A stretch of DNA of 64,000 bases from Candidatus Latescibacterota bacterium (GTDB taxonomy: Bacteria > Latescibacterota > UBA2968 > UBA8231), in NCBI GenBank assembly GCA_965217585.1, contig OZ244561.1, forward strand, positions 5,024,001 through 5,088,000, written 5' to 3'. The translations under genes were made by a program, and so were the position numbers. Of the stretch, positions 39,720-48,276 are shown piece by piece (positions within the stretch are counted from its first letter, which is position 1; each line of letters starts with the position of its first letter). The notes beneath the pieces were generated by a model that was not told where the DNA came from, made no database searches, and saw only the letters and a list, made by a program, of their open reading frames with translations.

Positions 39720-41210
39720 ATGAGCGAAGCGCAACATCCTCTTCACGCCTTACCCCGAGGACATCGGCTGCAAGAATACGAACTGGTGCGCGTGCTAGGC
39801 TTTGGCGGCTTCGGCATGACTTATCTGGGCTTTGACCACAACCTCGACAAAGCCGTCGCCATCAAAGAATACTTGCCCTCCGACATCGCCACCCGCACTG
39901 CCGACCACAGCGTCGCCCCACAAGCCAGCGACTTTCGCGGCGATTTCCAGTGGGGTCTGGAGCGTTTCCTAGACGAAGCACGCACCTTAGCTCGTTTCGA
40001 CCATCGCCACATCATTAAAGTGTATCGTTTCTTTGAGGCACATGGTACGGCGTATATCGTGATGGAGTATGCCGAGGGCGAGACCTTATCGGCGTATTTC
40101 GAACGCAAGGGGACACTGGAAGAAGCCGAACTCAAGGGGATACTGTATCCGCTTCTGGATGGTTTAGAGGTGGTGCATAAAGCGGACTTTCTGCATCGGG
40201 ACATCAAGCCGGGCAACATTGTCCTGCGCGCAAAGGATGGATCTCCGGTGTTGCTGGATTTTGGTGCGGCGCGTCAGGCGATAGGTGCGAAGAGTCGCTC
40301 AGTTACGTCGATAGTAACGCCGGGGTATGCTCCGATCGAGCAGTATTCGAGTCGGGGGCGTCAGGGGCCTTGGACGGACATTTATGCGTTGGGTGGGGTG
40401 TGTTATCGGGCATTGACGGGTCAGGTGCCCGACGATGCGACGGATAGGGTGCGGCAGGACCCGCTGATTCCGGTGGCGAAGCGGTGTGCGGGTCGGGTGA
40501 GTGGTGCGTTTTTGTCGGCGGTTGATTCGGCATTGTCGGTGGATGAGGGGGATCGTCCGCAGAGCATTGCGGCGTGGAGGGCGGTGTTGGAGGTTGGTTC
40601 GGCCTCGGCGCAAGAGCGTCGCCAAGAGGAAACGCCGAGGCATAGGGAGCAGGTCGTGCAGAGGTCGCCTTTGCCGGAGCAAGTTGGCTTGGCGGAGGAG
40701 CGAGAAAAATTTGTCGCGGAAGTGGGGCGCGAGCCGTCCCCGGGCGCGGTGGGCGATGAGGGGAGGACCGACCTACATCATGCCGCAGCCATGAACCTGC
40801 CCGCACTAACTGCATACCTGTTGAACAATGGTGCGGATGTCAACGCCAAAAGCAAATATGGCTGGACGCCGCTGCACCGGGCGGCGTGGGAGGATGCTAC
40901 TGCGACGGCCGAGGAGTTGCTCAAGGGAGGAGCTTACATCCACGCCAAAGACAAAAGTGGCTGGACGCCGCTAGAAAGGGCGGTATATAGAAAAGCTCAT
41001 AAGACGGCCGAGGTATTGCGCCGCTACGGTGCCCGCAACAATAAGTCGGGTGGTAAGGGAAATAGGGAAAGTGGTCAGGCGCAGCACGCGAAGCTCGGCC
41101 GCCTCTCTGACGGTGCCAATAAGTCGAGGGGCGAGGAGAATATGGGTTGTATTACGAAGAGTCTTGTGGGTATGGGGGTCCTAGTTTTGATCGGCCTTCT
41201 TAGCTGTTGA
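39720..41210 (+). CDS. Kinase K2: Ser/Thr kinase-ankyrin with a C-terminal hydrophobic tail
   Basis: Complete Hanks motifs; about three ankyrin repeats (TDLHHAA, GWTPLHRAA); no TM between kinase and ankyrins. Confidence 0.9.
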   Translation: MSEAQHPLHALPRGHRLQEYELVRVLGFGGFGMTYLGFDHNLDKAVAIKEYLPSDIATRTADHSVAPQASDFRGDFQWGLERFLDEARTLARFDHRHIIKVYRFFEAHGTAYIVMEYAEGETLSAYFERKGTLEEAELKGILYPLLDGLEVVHKADFLHRDIKPGNIVLRAKDGSPVLLDFGAARQAIGAKSRSVTSIVTPGYAPIEQYSSRGRQGPWTDIYALGGVCYRALTGQVPDDATDRVRQDPLIPVAKRCAGRVSGAFLSAVDSALSVDEGDRPQSIAAWRAVLEVGSASAQERRQEETPRHREQVVQRSPLPEQVGLAEEREKFVAEVGREPSPGAVGDEGRTDLHHAAAMNLPALTAYLLNNGADVNAKSKYGWTPLHRAAWEDATATAEELLKGGAYIHAKDKSGWTPLERAVYRKAHKTAEVLRRYGARNNKSGGKGNRESGQAQHAKLGRLSDGANKSRGEENMGCITKSLVGMGVLVLIGLLSC

Positions 41211-41239
41211 CGGCTAGTTTGAACGTACACGGAGAGGTT

Positions 41240-42845
41240 ATGAGCAAACAATACCTATCTTTCATCGTGCATTTCGCAGTGGCTTGGCTCTTTTGCACGA
41301 GCCCTGTCTTGGCGCAAATAGATGTCGATGTTGTTGCTGAAAGCATCGTGCGGGTTCGCGCTTATGACGATCACAAAGTCGTGGTTGAAGGGAGCGGGTT
41401 TGTCGTCAATGAAAAGGGATATGTGCTGACGAATGCCCATCTCCTAGAGAAGGCAGAGGGATTGACCGTATTGTCCCTGAAGACCGGGGCCGAGGTTGTG
41501 GCGCAGCGGGCGTTTGCCAGCCGCGACATGAACTTGGCCCTGTTGCACGTACAGGGCTTGAACTTGCTGCCCCTCAGCTTATCCGAGCGGGGCCGATGTA
41601 GGCCGAGTCGTGCAAACGCTGCGGTTCGGCGCTACGGGAGCTGTTCAGCTTTCTCACGGGACGATTGGCACATACCAAGATATCCTCGGCAAGAAGACAA
41701 GCCGTCCTATAGCACACCTGCTACAACACAATGCCTTGATAAATGCCCAAGCCTTCGGCATGCCCTTGTTCAACGAATGCGGGGATGTCGTCGCCATCAA
41801 TATGCCAGATCCGGGCAGCGGCTCGTGGCCGTTTCGGAAAGCGAAACCCAAAGGGACTATTTTTGCCTTGCGCAGTGGCGACATAATAGCTGCGCTCGAA
41901 GACCAAGAAATCGCACATACAGTGGTTGAAGCAGAATGCCTGAGTGCCGTTGAGCGGGCTGAACGCGATAGAAAAGCGGCCGCTGACAGCCTCAAGGTAG
42001 CCAAGGCGCAGGCCGACTCGGCAGGCAAAGCCGCAAAAAAGGCCAAGGCACAGGCCGACTCGGCAAGCGAAGCCGCAAAAAAGGCCAAGGCCAAAGAGAA
42101 GGTCACTCGGCGGGCGGCAGAACGGGCGAAAGCGCGAGCCGATTCCGCAGAGAAAGCGGTGGCCGACAGCCTGAAGATGGCTAAGGCTCGGGCTGATTCC
42201 GCGAGTAAGGCGGCGGCTGACAGCCTCAAAGCGGCCAAGGCCAAAGCCGACAGCCTGAAGATGGCGCAGGCACGGGCGGATTCCGTGAGTAAGTCGGTGG
42301 CCGACAGCCTCAAAGCGGCAGAAGAAAAGGCCGCGCAGCGATTGCAGTGGGGCATTGCTGCGGGGGCGGGACTGGTACTGCTCGCACTTCTCGGTTGGTG
42401 GCTTTCCTCACGGAGGAAAAAGGAGCAATTACAAAGCGCCGAGTCCCGCTTGAGCGAAGCCGAACAAACGGCTGAAGCAGCACGCCAAGCAGCGGAGAAC
42501 GCACCGCAACCCGCGCCGTTCAGGTGTCTATTGGAAGGCCAAGACAGTACGGGTCGGCCATTCGCCTTGACCATATCGGCCTTGGCATTGAGCGAGCGGG
42601 CCGGTGTAACGCTCGGAAGGAGCCCGGCCAACGCCGAATTTATCATTGACCACGAAGAAGTCTCCCGCGAACACGTCCGGCTTACGTATGTTGACGGCCA
42701 ACTCTACGCAGAGGACTTGAATGCCCTGAATGGCACAAAGGTGAACGGACGCCTGCTCAACCCCCGCGAACAGGTGCTGTTGCAAAACAATGATCGGCTT
42801 GAGATAGGGCCAGTCGTTTTTGCCGTGCGTTTGGTTCAGGAGTGA
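41240..42845 (+). pseudogene. T1: trypsin-like pseudoprotease-coiled coil-TM-FHA, split by a frameshift at the G-run 41589-41592
   Basis: Signal peptide, GSGFVV, TNAH in one frame; HNALIN.QAFGMPLFNECG, Ala/Lys stalk, TM and FHA (GRSP, VSREH, DL.ALNGT) in the next frame. Confidence 0.75.
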
Positions 42846-42848
42846 ACA

Positions 42849-44207
42849 TTGCACGGCTTCAGACGCTGGTGTCTCGTCTTTTTTTTGCTCGCGCTTCTAC
42901 TACCGTGCCACGCTGTTGCCGCGCCAGACTTTGACGCGCTTGAGAAGAGCGTGGTACGCATTGTAACGCAGACTAGCCAAGGGCTTGGTGCTGGCACTGG
43001 ATTCGCCATAAACGACCAAGGCCATATTGCGACCAACGTCCACGTCATAGCCAATGCCAACGCGATCAAAGCCATTCCAACCAACTCCAACGTGCTGTAC
43101 GATGTGGAAGTAATCGCCACGTCCCAAGAACTCGACCTTGCAATCGCCTATATCCCAGATATAACCCTGCCGCCGATCACGCTTTCGCTCGCACCAGCCA
43201 TAAAAGGGCAGAAGGTATGGTCCATCGGCTATCCCGGTGGGGCCGACCGGAACAGACCAGCTCACGATCCGACCGTGCAAGACGGCGTCATTGGAAGGAT
43301 TTTTTGGGGTGCGTGGCACACGCAAGAACTCAGGATTATTCAGCACAATGCCCCGACCAATCCGGGCAACAGCGGCGGACCCCTACTAGATGATTGTAGC
43401 CGGGCAATCGGCGTCAATACGCAAGCGTCTCTCGTCGTCATTAGCAGTCCATCCAGCGGGGTGACGCGGGTACCCCATGCGGCGGGCATTTACTGGTCTT
43501 CGCATATAGAGGAATTGGCAAACCTGTTGGGCGACCATGGCATTGCTTTTCAATCAGAGAGCGACGATTGTGTGGCGGCTGGTGGCATGGGAGGTTCTGG
43601 CGAGGCGGAAAAGGCGCAGCACGAGGCGGAGAAAGCCCAGCGCGAAGCGGAAAAGGCTCGGCGCGAGGCCGAACAAGCGCGAGTGCAGGCAGAAGAAGCT
43701 AGCGATCAATTTTTCGTCTGGCTGTTATTGTTGGGGGGTGTGGCATTGATCGCCTTGGTCGTTGCCTTAAAGAAGCCGCGCCAGCTTGCCCAGCAGACCT
43801 TGGAGAAGCCGCGCCAGTTCGTCCAGCAGATGAGTCGGCGCGTGACCAAAAAAGACGCGGCGGCCGTTGCAAAAGGTCCAAATCACGGCATCGTGCTGGC
43901 CGGTTTTGACGGTCGCGGCAACCGCGTCTGCATCGAGTTGTCGCCAGGCCGATTTGCCGGTCAACGCTTGGGGCTTTCGCTCGGCAGGCATCCCGAGTTG
44001 GTGGATGAAGTTGTCGCGGATGAAAACGTATCCCGACGGCATCTGCGAATTGCAGCCGAGGGCGATCAATTTTATGTCGAAGATTTGAACTCCAGCAATG
44101 GGACGTTTCTGAACGAGCAGCGCCTGTCGCCCTTTAAGCCGGCGCGGTTGGACTATGGTACCAGAGTCGCGCTGGGCGATTTGGTACTCGTGGCTTCCAA
44201 GCTTTAG
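42849..44207 (+). CDS. T2: trypsin-like serine protease-TM-FHA
   Basis: Signal peptide; triad TNVH, DLAI, GNSGGP; short stalk; TM; FHA LGRH, VSRRH, DLNSSNGT. Confidence 0.88.
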   Translation: MHGFRRWCLVFFLLALLLPCHAVAAPDFDALEKSVVRIVTQTSQGLGAGTGFAINDQGHIATNVHVIANANAIKAIPTNSNVLYDVEVIATSQELDLAIAYIPDITLPPITLSLAPAIKGQKVWSIGYPGGADRNRPAHDPTVQDGVIGRIFWGAWHTQELRIIQHNAPTNPGNSGGPLLDDCSRAIGVNTQASLVVISSPSSGVTRVPHAAGIYWSSHIEELANLLGDHGIAFQSESDDCVAAGGMGGSGEAEKAQHEAEKAQREAEKARREAEQARVQAEEASDQFFVWLLLLGGVALIALVVALKKPRQLAQQTLEKPRQFVQQMSRRVTKKDAAAVAKGPNHGIVLAGFDGRGNRVCIELSPGRFAGQRLGLSLGRHPELVDEVVADENVSRRHLRIAAEGDQFYVEDLNSSNGTFLNEQRLSPFKPARLDYGTRVALGDLVLVASKL

Positions 44208-44221
44208 ATGGGGTATTGGGC

Positions 44222-45217
44222 ATGAAAAAACGCAGCCGAGAGTTCAACATCTTTAGCATGTCCGCGCTCGATCTGTTCGCCTCCGCTCTCGGTGCCTTCA
44301 TACTCATTACCATAGTGCTGCTGCCCTTTTTTCCGAATCTGGACATGTCGGGACAGGCCAAGGCCGAGTTGGAGCAGGCGCAGGCCGAATTGGAGCAGGC
44401 CAAGGCCAAGTTAGAGCAAGCCAAGGCCCAATCAGAGCAGGAGAAGGCTAAGCTGGAACGGGAGAAGGCTAAGCTGGAACAGGAGAAGGCTAAGCTGGAA
44501 CGGGCAAAGGCCCAAGCTCCGAAAGCGAAAGGTCAGCTTGAAAAACGGGTGGAGGCTTTGCAACAGGAGCTGAAACAGGAGAAAGCCAAGCTGGAACGGG
44601 CAAAGGCCCAAGCTCCGAAAACGAAAGGTCAGCTTGAAAAACGAGTGGAGGCTTTGCAACAGGAGATAGACGACACAACCGTTTTATTGGGCATTAAGAC
44701 GAAGGCGAAGAAGTTCGTGTTCGTCATAGATATGTCGGGCAGTATTTATCAGCCTGGACAGCAAGATTATCGCCAGTTCATAGTATTGTCCATACAAGAC
44801 ATGCTCGCTGCTTTTAAGTCGGAAATAGAGGTCTGTCTCATTGGTTTTCAAGGCTCGAATCTGTTGCACTATTGGCCTCGAAATAGAGGTTACTTTCAAG
44901 TAAAAAAGAATACGCAAGATCGCGTTGTGGGACAGGTAAAAGGCTGGATGAGATTGGTGGATGGCGGCACGCCCACACGCGCCGCTTTGCTGGCGGCGAT
45001 TGCACTGCACCCCGAAGAAATCATCCTGTTGAGCGATGGTGAACCCTCAGAAGATTGGCGCATGGTCGTGCAGGCTGTAACGGTTGAAAATAGGCGGAAG
45101 ATACCCATACACGCCGTAGCCGTTGGCAAATACACGACGAACCGAAAATTTATCGATTTTCTATTGCAGTTGACAGAGCGGAATAATGGGTATGTCGTAG
45201 GAGCCAAACCAGGTTGA
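44222..45217 (+). CDS. MotB/ExbD-like TM-coiled coil-vWA protein
   Basis: N-terminal basic stretch, then a TM with Asp (FSMSALDLFASALGAF); heptad stalk; MIDAS DMSGS, GGTPT, LLSDGEP. Confidence 0.8.
   Translation: MKKRSREFNIFSMSALDLFASALGAFILITIVLLPFFPNLDMSGQAKAELEQAQAELEQAKAKLEQAKAQSEQEKAKLEREKAKLEQEKAKLERAKAQAPKAKGQLEKRVEALQQELKQEKAKLERAKAQAPKTKGQLEKRVEALQQEIDDTTVLLGIKTKAKKFVFVIDMSGSIYQPGQQDYRQFIVLSIQDMLAAFKSEIEVCLIGFQGSNLLHYWPRNRGYFQVKKNTQDRVVGQVKGWMRLVDGGTPTRAALLAAIALHPEEIILLSDGEPSEDWRMVVQAVTVENRRKIPIHAVAVGKYTTNRKFIDFLLQLTERNNGYVVGAKPG
44480..44665 (+). repeat. 96-bp in-frame tandem duplication in the vWA protein stalk
   Basis: QEKAKLERAKAQAPK[A/T]KGQLEKRVEALQQE starts at 44480 and 44576. 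Confidence 0.85.
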
Positions 45218-45218
45218 T

Positions 45219-45587
45219 ATGAACAAATCGAGATTTTCTGTGTACCGAATCGGTCGCGGCTCAGGCGTGGACATCCAGATTGACGATGATTCGGTCTCTC
45301 GCGTCCATGCCGAGCTAATTGCGACGCAAAGCGGCTCTTACTATCTCACCGATTGCGCCAGCAGCGGGGGTAGTTATGTTGCACGAAACGGCGAGTGGAG
45401 ACGCATCCGGCAGGAATTTATAAGCCCGACAGACGCGATTTTACTAGGTCATTATCAGACGACCGCACCCGCACTTATCGCTATGGCCGTGCAAAGGGAG
45501 CACCGTTCAGGAGAGGGCACGTCCCTGCCCGAGGGACCAGTGCGGCGCAACGTAGATACGGGTGAGATCATTGGCGAGGAGGATTGA
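45219..45587 (+). CDS. Small FHA-domain protein
   Basis: IGRG...D.SVSRVHAEL...LTDCASSGGS. Confidence 0.85.
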   Translation: MNKSRFSVYRIGRGSGVDIQIDDDSVSRVHAELIATQSGSYYLTDCASSGGSYVARNGEWRRIRQEFISPTDAILLGHYQTTAPALIAMAVQREHRSGEGTSLPEGPVRRNVDTGEIIGEED

Positions 45588-45588
45588 C

Positions 45589-46374
45589 ATGGCAAAAGGG
45601 CAAGGGGTAGAGCTGGAACAGCGCCTAAAAGTATGCGGCGTCAGTTTGCTAGGAGGCGTCGTATCTATAGCGATTATGAGCATTATTTTCGATCATCCCG
45701 ATTCTGGGGCAGGTGCTTTCCTGCTAGATCGCCACACGGAGAATTTTCCCTATCCATTCACAATCCAAAACGTCATGTGGCTTATGTTTTGGGTCGGCTG
45801 CGGTGAACTCTGGGTGCGGTTTAATCAAGCCAAGCTGGAAATGGAGCAGATGTCGAAACGCTATCTGCCGGAGGACGATGAGGTTATGTTGCGGGCGCGG
45901 GATTTGGGTTCCTTTTATCAGAAGGTGAAACCCATGGCCGAGGAGCGCGCCTTTTATTTACAGCGTCTAATCATGCGCTGTATTCTACAATTCCAGGGGA
46001 GCCACTCAGTGAACCAAGCCAACTCGCTATTGAATTCTTCCCTCGAATTATTTCAGCACGAGCTCGAACTCAAGTACGCGATGTTGCGCTATCTCGTCTG
46101 GCTGATACCAACGCTGGGTTTTATTGGCACTGTGGTGGGTATTGCGTTTGCATTGGATTATGCGGCCAACATTGAAAACCCACAGGACCCGACCTTGCTG
46201 GCCGGGATCACGGGTCGGCTGGGCGTCGCGTTTTACACGACCTTGCTCGCGTTGATCCAGTCGGCACTGCTGGTGTTTGCGCTGCACATTGCGCAAAGCC
46301 AGGAGGAGATGGCCTTAAACCAATCCGGCCAATACTGTTTGGACAACTTAATCAACCGGCTTTACGAAAAGTAA
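45589..46374 (+). CDS. MotA/TolQ/ExbB proton-channel family protein
   Basis: LIPTLGFIGTVVGI and LGVAFYTTLLAL motifs, about four TM segments; ATG 45589 after GAGGAGG. Confidence 0.88.
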   Translation: MAKGQGVELEQRLKVCGVSLLGGVVSIAIMSIIFDHPDSGAGAFLLDRHTENFPYPFTIQNVMWLMFWVGCGELWVRFNQAKLEMEQMSKRYLPEDDEVMLRARDLGSFYQKVKPMAEERAFYLQRLIMRCILQFQGSHSVNQANSLLNSSLELFQHELELKYAMLRYLVWLIPTLGFIGTVVGIAFALDYAANIENPQDPTLLAGITGRLGVAFYTTLLALIQSALLVFALHIAQSQEEMALNQSGQYCLDNLINRLYEK

Positions 46375-46427
46375 GTTGCGGGCGAGACGCCTGCGCGGCC
46401 GGAATAACCCAAAGATAGGAGGGCATC

Positions 46428-47081
46428 ATGCCTGTTTATCGCGGACCCGATGGCAAAATCATTGAAGAGAAAACCGATAAGCGGACAGAGGATACCAAAC
46501 CAACGGACGCGGCCAACAAGCCGTTGCCGCCGGCACCACAGGGTGGCGAGCAACCCGCCGGTGCCGGGCGTTTAGATGCGCCCACGCAGCGGATGGGCGA
46601 AAGCCGTGCGCCGGCCAATGTCGGCGAGGAGGAGCGGACGCGCTTGGTGGGTGGACGGCGGCGGCAAGAAGACGAGGAGCGCCGGCAAGAGCGCGCCGAG
46701 GAAGATCGCGGCATGGATGATCCGGTTGTGGGGTGGTTGGTAGTTGTCGAGGGGCCGGGAAAAGGGAAGGCCGTGCAACTGGGTTATGGCTCTAATTCGA
46801 TTGGACGCGGGGAGACCGATCGCATCAAGCTCGATTTTGGCGACGATCAGATTTCGCGCAATGGCCATGCCGTTGTTACGTACGATCCTCGCGGCAGGAA
46901 GTTTTATGTGCAGCACGGCGGCGGCACCAACCTGACGTATCTCGGGGATCAGCCCGTGCTCGCACCGGCTGAGTTGCCAGCGCTGAGTCACATCAGCATC
47001 GGCAATACGGTTCTCCGTTTCGTGTCCCTGTGCGGTGCCGAGTTTGATTGGCAGGATACCGAAGGAAGCGAAGCGCGATGA
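46428..47081 (+). CDS. FHA-domain protein with a disordered, Thr-containing N-terminus
   Basis: PVVGWLVVVEGPGKG, IGRG, GDDQISR..HA...YDP, NLTYL. Confidence 0.85.
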   Translation: MPVYRGPDGKIIEEKTDKRTEDTKPTDAANKPLPPAPQGGEQPAGAGRLDAPTQRMGESRAPANVGEEERTRLVGGRRRQEDEERRQERAEEDRGMDDPVVGWLVVVEGPGKGKAVQLGYGSNSIGRGETDRIKLDFGDDQISRNGHAVVTYDPRGRKFYVQHGGGTNLTYLGDQPVLAPAELPALSHISIGNTVLRFVSLCGAEFDWQDTEGSEAR

Positions 47082-48235
47082 ACGAGTTAGACGGGCGCTT
47101 TGCCGCGCGGCAAATTCCCGGCAAACGGGAGTATCAAGAGGATGATTACGGCCTGCTGGATGGGCGCGACCTCGGCCTAGACGGTAGCGAGCACTCCATG
47201 TTGTTGGTCGCCGATGGCATGGGCGGCCATGTTGGCGGCGCGACGGCTAGCGGCCTTTTGAGTAAGACCTTTGTCGAGGTGTATTCGCAGGCTTCTGGGC
47301 CAATCGTCGATCGGCTCCGGGACTGCCTCGAAGCGGGTAATAAAGCCATCGCCGATGCCATTGCCGAAAATCCCGAACTCGACAGCATGGGTTCGACCTT
47401 GGTTGCGGCTGTTGTTTCAAGCGAAGGGCTGAACTGGATCAGCGTGGGCGACTCTCCGTTGTGGTTGTTTCGCGAGGGTCAATTGGAGCGTTTGAATGCA
47501 GACCACTCTATGGCTCCGGTTCTTGCGGATCTCGTGGCAACGGGGCGCATGACCGCAGAGGAAGCGGCTCGAGATCCAAGTCGGCACTCGCTGCGGTCGG
47601 CGGTCATGGGCGATGACATACATCTGATTGACGTATCGTCGCAGCCGGTGGCGGTCGAGCAGGGCAACCGGCTGCTATTGGCGAGCGATGGTTTGATGAC
47701 CCTCAGCGACCAAGAGATCGAGGCTATCCTCAAGAAAACGCAAGACGCGCCATTGGAGGATAGCGCCGCGGCCCTTATCCAAGCTGTGGAAGATGCCGAA
47801 CAGCCCCACCAAGACAATACGACTGTCTTATTGTACGCGCCGGCTGAGAGTGCGGAATTGGCTGCGGCTGCTATTGGCGAACAGGAAGCTGCTCAGGGTA
47901 AGCCGCGATTAAAACGAAAACGCCGAGGCAGACTGTTGGGGATGTTGCTATGCGTTGCTGTCTTATGGGGGGTGCTTTATTGGCTTAGGCGGGGCGAAGA
48001 TGCGGTTGTTGAGATTCCAGCGGCAACTGTTGAGACTCCAGCAACAACGGATGTTGAACCCACTGAAGGCTCTGATGTTCAAGTGCCAATGGCATCCGGC
48101 GCCGAAGAGAGCGCACCGGTTTCTCAGGAGGAGGCGACAGGGGACAGCACTCGTGCGGGGGTGGAGAAAGCCGAGTTGAACGAGCCGCCAGCAGAGAAAG
48201 AAGAGAGTGTTAGGGTCGAGGGAGGGGAAGAGTGA
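47078..48235 (+). CDS. PP2C/PPM Ser/Thr phosphatase with a TM anchor
   Basis: REYQEDD, VADGMGGH, GSTL, VGDS, DHS, LASDGL, QDNTT; TM and acidic tail; ATGA overlap. Confidence 0.92.
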   Translation: MNELDGRFAARQIPGKREYQEDDYGLLDGRDLGLDGSEHSMLLVADGMGGHVGGATASGLLSKTFVEVYSQASGPIVDRLRDCLEAGNKAIADAIAENPELDSMGSTLVAAVVSSEGLNWISVGDSPLWLFREGQLERLNADHSMAPVLADLVATGRMTAEEAARDPSRHSLRSAVMGDDIHLIDVSSQPVAVEQGNRLLLASDGLMTLSDQEIEAILKKTQDAPLEDSAAALIQAVEDAEQPHQDNTTVLLYAPAESAELAAAAIGEQEAAQGKPRLKRKRRGRLLGMLLCVAVLWGVLYWLRRGEDAVVEIPAATVETPATTDVEPTEGSDVQVPMASGAEESAPVSQEEATGDSTRAGVEKAELNEPPAEKEESVRVEGGEE

Positions 48236-48276
48236 AATCGTAGGGGCGTCGCTACGATACAAACACGGGACAGATT

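Noticed and set aside
41654-42646. 330-aa antisense ORF (likewise 32545-33636, 29509-30390, 53438-54262)
   Set aside because: Shadows of well-supported genes; low-complexity or motif-free translations.
44222-46374. Zorya, Tol-Pal, TonB or flagellar stator
   Set aside because: No OmpA-like domain, long ZorA tail, ZorC/D/E, TolA/B, TonB or flagellar genes; the partner ends in vWA.
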